From Clostridia bacterium (GTDB lineage Bacteria; Bacillota; Clostridia; RGIG6154): DNA of 64,000 nt. A program made the position numbers and the translations under genes. Shown here piece by piece: positions 60,345 to 64,000 of the stretch (its first letter is position 1; each line of letters begins with the position of its first letter). The stretch is taken from positions 19,216-83,215 of the forward strand of contig JAZNWH010000105.1 in assembly GCA_045593265.1 (NCBI GenBank), in the 5' to 3' direction. The notes under the pieces were generated by a model. That model did not search any database. It was not told where the DNA came from and saw nothing but the letters and a program-made list of their open reading frames with translations.

Positions 60345-61370
60345 TTACATTTCAACAACAGCTTTTATTAGGTTTTTATCTTTAGATTTTAAAAGCTCAA
60401 CTGCGTTTGGCAGTTCATCAAGGGTAAATGTATGTGTAACCATATCATGAACGTTTAATCTTCCACTTGCTACAAGAGTAACAAGCGAATCCCAACCTGC
60501 ACAGTACTCAAGAATTCCGTGAAGTCTTAACTGCTTCATAAGCATTTTCATAAATGGAAACGAAATCTGTGCCTTTTCGTCAGGAATTCCGTAATATAAA
60601 ACATCTCCACCTATTTTGCACACATCAAAGCAAAGTAATATACTGTCAACACTTCCGGCAGCGTCAATAACATAATCACAACCTTCTCCGTTTGTCAGTT
60701 CCATTACTCTTCCAAGTACATTTTCGTTCTGTGCATCAATGACCACATCTGCTCCAAAGAACTTTGCATATTCAAGTCTTTTTTCGCCCTTTGCAGAAAC
60801 TATTATTTTTCCTGCTCCACTAAGCTTTGCCGCCTGTATAAACGCAATTCCTGCAGGGCCTGCCCCCTGAATCAACACACTGCTTCCGGGTTTAATTCCT
60901 ATTCTAAGCACAGCACCAAACGGGCAAGCAACACTTTCAAGTATTGCCGCATCCCTGAACGGAATCTCTTCCGGTAATTTTACAAGACACTGCGCCGGAA
61001 CTCTTACAAACTCAGCATATCCTCCATCATAAGGTGTATAACCTATCTCCATTCTGTCAGGACAAAGTTCCTTTCTGCCCCTTTTGCAAGCCGGGCATTG
61101 TCCACAGGAAATAATTGTATCAATTACAACTCTGTCGCCCTTTTTCCAGCCTTTTACACCCTTGCCTATATCTTCAATCTCTCCGGCAATTTCGTGCCCC
61201 AGCACATGCGGAGGCTTTGCAAGAGATATATTTCCTGAAATCATATGCACATCTGTTGCACAAACACCAACTGCCTTCACCTTTACAACAACATGACCTT
61301 CATCTGCCACGGGCTTCGGTCTTTCGCATATGCTGACGTGATTTATTGCGTCCCAAACCGCTGCTTTCAT
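60345..61370 (-). CDS. zinc-dependent medium-chain alcohol/polyol dehydrogenase (sorbitol/threonine DH-like)
   Basis: 341 aa. GHE...GD catalytic zinc motif, structural-zinc Cys cluster, GAGPAG NAD-binding motif. Confidence 0.8.
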   Translation of the reverse strand: MKAAVWDAINHVSICERPKPVADEGHVVVKVKAVGVCATDVHMISGNISLAKPPHVLGHEIAGEIEDIGKGVKGWKKGDRVVIDTIISCGQCPACKRGRKELCPDRMEIGYTPYDGGYAEFVRVPAQCLVKLPEEIPFRDAAILESVACPFGAVLRIGIKPGSSVLIQGAGPAGIAFIQAAKLSGAGKIIVSAKGEKRLEYAKFFGADVVIDAQNENVLGRVMELTNGEGCDYVIDAAGSVDSILLCFDVCKIGGDVLYYGIPDEKAQISFPFMKMLMKQLRLHGILEYCAGWDSLVTLVASGRLNVHDMVTHTFTLDELPNAVELLKSKDKNLIKAVVEM

Positions 61371-61386
61371 AATACTTCTACCGCCT

Positions 61387-62283
61387 TTATTTTATCTTTT
61401 TAATACCTCTGAACAATTCGTCAAGTTCAGCATACATAGAAAGTCTGAGAGCTCTTATTGCCTGTTCATCGACTACCTGACAATGCCCCATTGAAAAACC
61501 TCTCTGCTCAAAAACAAGCTTATATCCACTTGGGAACATAACAGAATCCGCAAGTCTTAGAAGTTTGAGTGCCTTACGGTTCAAATCCTGTGCCTCGGCA
61601 ATATGTCCTGCATTAAAAAGCTCATATATTTTTGCATTAATTTCGGGAACAATTACCGAAAATGCCGTAACCGAACCCACGCAACCTGCAAGAAGCGCCG
61701 GTACAATACAGTCATCTGTACCTGTCATAAGTGAAAAATCCGGACGGTTCCTGCGGACTATATCTGCTTCGTGAGCTATCTGCTTCATATTTCCTGAAGA
61801 ATCCTTCATGCCGACAATACGTCTTTCCTGAAGCAGTGTTTCAAAAGACGGAAGCTCTATAGTATTGGTAAACATCGGAATTTTGTAAAGAACAAGGTCG
61901 ATAATATTCTGGTCTGCCATATACTTATAGTACCTTATAACATCATCCTGTTTCATGGTAAAATAATACGGTGGACAAATCATCGCAGCATCATATCCAT
62001 ACTCCTGCGCTGCCTTCAAATATTTTATAGAAGTTGCAGGATTGGGATCTGAAGCACCAGCAAGAAGTTGTTTCTTGCCACGAAGATGCTTCGCTGTAAA
62101 CGCCATAAGTTCAATATTTTCTTCAGGAGAAAGACTTACAAACTCTCCCGTTGTGCCACAGGCAAAAAATCCCTGAATATCAGATTTTAATAAAAAATCC
62201 AATTGAATTTCAAATGCATTATAGTCAACTTTTCCCTCTTCGGTAAAAGGAGTTAACAGAACACCATATGGTCCTCTAAACAT
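61387..62283 (-). CDS. DapA/NanA-family class I aldolase (dihydrodipicolinate synthase family)
   Basis: 298 aa. GTTGE motif. Confidence 0.8.
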   Translation of the reverse strand: MFRGPYGVLLTPFTEEGKVDYNAFEIQLDFLLKSDIQGFFACGTTGEFVSLSPEENIELMAFTAKHLRGKKQLLAGASDPNPATSIKYLKAAQEYGYDAAMICPPYYFTMKQDDVIRYYKYMADQNIIDLVLYKIPMFTNTIELPSFETLLQERRIVGMKDSSGNMKQIAHEADIVRRNRPDFSLMTGTDDCIVPALLAGCVGSVTAFSVIVPEINAKIYELFNAGHIAEAQDLNRKALKLLRLADSVMFPSGYKLVFEQRGFSMGHCQVVDEQAIRALRLSMYAELDELFRGIKKIK

Positions 62284-62289
62284 TTTCTT

Positions 62290-62937
62290 CTATCCTTTCA
62301 CAATATATTCCTCTTTGTCCAGTGGAAGATTACACAATCTCTCATAACCATTTTCTGTAATCAAATAATTATTCTCAAGCCTTATGCCGAATTTCCCCGG
62401 ATAATAAACTGCCGGTTCAAGCGTTACCACCATACCGGGCTTGAGCGTTTCTTCACATTCAGGAACAAACCTCGGCTCTACAACTATTTCCTCTGTAGGA
62501 AACGTACCTATACGATGTCCTGCATGGTGTGTAAAAGCATATTCCGAGCCGGTTGCTTTGCGAACAAGGTCCCACAAATCCTTACCCTTTTTCCCGGAGT
62601 ACAGATTTGCCTCTCCTGCCTTAAGTGCATTTATAACCTGGTTATATGCATTTTCTTGCTCCCCCGATATTCCCCCTATAAAATATACACGGGTTAAATC
62701 AGACCAACAATTTTCTGCACAAATCTGCAAATCGAGTAAAACCACATCACCGTATTTTATGACACGGTCGGTAGGTAGCCCCTCAATCTCTGCAGTTCGC
62801 TCCCCTGAAATCAAATCGCCTTGCCAATCAGAACAAACACTTGTGATTACATCAGCAAGCTCCTTTTCTGTCATACCTGCATGTAATTTCTCTTTTACAG
62901 CTTTATGAACCAGGCTCTGAAGTTCCCACGTGGTCAT
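62290..62937 (-). CDS. M24-family (pita-bread) metallopeptidase-like protein, catalytic domain only
   Basis: 215 aa. D, D, H, E, E ligand pattern. No N-terminal creatinase/prolidase domain. Confidence 0.6.
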   Translation of the reverse strand: MTTWELQSLVHKAVKEKLHAGMTEKELADVITSVCSDWQGDLISGERTAEIEGLPTDRVIKYGDVVLLDLQICAENCWSDLTRVYFIGGISGEQENAYNQVINALKAGEANLYSGKKGKDLWDLVRKATGSEYAFTHHAGHRIGTFPTEEIVVEPRFVPECEETLKPGMVVTLEPAVYYPGKFGIRLENNYLITENGYERLCNLPLDKEEYIVKG

Positions 62938-64000
62938 TATTTCACCTCGTAATGTTTAAGAACATCCTCGTCAATTTCAACACCAAGTCCTGGCTTTTGA
63001 GGAATATTCACAAAGCCCTTATCATCAATAGCAAAATGCTTTTTAACAAGCTTCTTTGAAAGAACTGTTTCCTGACAGCAATATTCAAGCCAAAGAGCGT
63101 TAGGAGTAGCTGCAATAACCTGTAATGAAGCACTCATAAGTATGCCTGTCTTGAAAGCATGAGGAATAACAGGAATCTTATGAAGATATGCCATATCAAT
63201 AACCTTTTTGGCAATAGTAATACCACCGCAACGACTGATATCCGGCTGAATAATGTCAATTCCGCAACCTGCAATAAGTTCGTTGAATTCAAACATTGTT
63301 CCAACCTGCTCACCTGCAGAAATTCTCATATCAACACTGTGAGTAAGTCTCTTATATGCTTCAAGGTCATCAGGAGTAAAAGGTTCCTCAACCCAATAAA
63401 CATTCTCCTGTTCAAACTCTTTACAAAGTCGAATAGCCGTCTTTACATCTCTCCATACCATACCGATATCAATCATAAGCTGAGGGTCATCACCCATAGC
63501 CTTACGGCACATCTTTACAAGCTCAAGGTCTCTCTTGTCGCTCTGACCAAGTGCACCCCAACCAAACTTGATACCTGTATATCCCTGTGGAAGATATGTA
63601 TCTGCAATTCTTTTAATTTCATCTTCGTTATCAGGCATAAGCACACTGCAGTATGCAGGAATCTTATCACGGAAAGCTCCGCCTATCAGCTTATGAACCG
63701 GAACACCAAGTTTTTTACCAAGAATATCCCAAATTGCCATATCAATACCACTCATTGCGTGGATAGCAACACTGCGTCGTCCATAATAGTTTGCAAGATT
63801 ATACATCTTATACCAGATTTTTTCAACATCAAATGGATCTTCGCCTACAACTATATCACGAAGTCCCATACATACCATATGAGATGCCGGAGATTCAACT
63901 ATTGCCTTAACTACATAAGGAGATGAGTCTACCTCACCAATACCGGTAATTCCCTCATCTGTCATAACCTTGATAACAACAGTATCCTGACTTCCGTCAC
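62937..64000 (-). CDS. enolase-superfamily enzyme (mandelate racemase/muconate lactonizing enzyme / sugar-acid dehydratase-like), N-terminus beyond window
   Basis: The open frame continues past 64000 without a stop. Enolase-superfamily TIM-barrel metal ligands. Confidence 0.8.
   Translation of the reverse strand, partial: DGSQDTVVIKVMTDEGITGIGEVDSSPYVVKAIVESPASHMVCMGLRDIVVGEDPFDVEKIWYKMYNLANYYGRRSVAIHAMSGIDMAIWDILGKKLGVPVHKLIGGAFRDKIPAYCSVLMPDNEDEIKRIADTYLPQGYTGIKFGWGALGQSDKRDLELVKMCRKAMGDDPQLMIDIGMVWRDVKTAIRLCKEFEQENVYWVEEPFTPDDLEAYKRLTHSVDMRISAGEQVGTMFEFNELIAGCGIDIIQPDISRCGGITIAKKVIDMAYLHKIPVIPHAFKTGILMSASLQVIAATPNALWLEYCCQETVLSKKLVKKHFAIDDKGFVNIPQKPGLGVEIDEDVLKHYEVK

Noticed and set aside
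63159-63926. 255-aa plus-strand ORF
   Set aside because: It is fully antisense to the well-supported enolase-superfamily gene and its composition is low-complexity N/K/I-rich. Judged spurious.

Overview
This 64-kb window is a chromosomal segment from a low-GC Firmicutes (Clostridia-like) genome. spoIVB, hprK, a CIRCE/HrcA-controlled groESL and an 'ylo' gene block fit that assignment. Most of it is housekeeping, largely co-directional on the minus strand: birA, the full t6A set (tsaE, tsaB, tsaC, tsaD, rimI) together with rpiB and comEB, tyrA, an ABC-F ATPase, mgtE, RNase J, groESL, ruvCAB, coaD, rsmD, recG, yloV, yloU (Asp23-family), murB, glcK, hprK, tRNA-Met and tRNA-Val, RNase R and secG. 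Seven accessory or unusual items sit among these genes. (1) A MurNAc/ManNAc amino-sugar locus: an RpiR/MurR regulator with a palindromic operator, a large uncharacterised 629-aa cytoplasmic protein, a MurK-like kinase, a single-ORF NanE-MurQ fusion and a MATE transporter. (2) A glycyl-radical enzyme (GRE) cassette of activase, GRE of unknown specificity and a divergent AraC regulator. It is bracketed by diverged direct repeats of the spoIVB 3' end, which looks like a Campbell-type horizontal acquisition. (3) Tandem COG0523 metallochaperone paralogs, one carrying an (HEHEHH)n tract encoded by 18-bp tandem repeats. These are followed by a preQ1-I riboswitch and queT. (4) An amino-acid ABC transporter whose lipoprotein substrate-binding protein appears circularly permuted. 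(5) A CPBP protease plus small membrane protein module. (6) A repeated ~90-nt intergenic element and a recurring GGTGTAAAA...TTTTACACC terminator hairpin family. (7) A partial sugar-acid/hydroxy-amino-acid catabolic cluster at the 3' end. No CRISPR array, prophage or transposase was seen.
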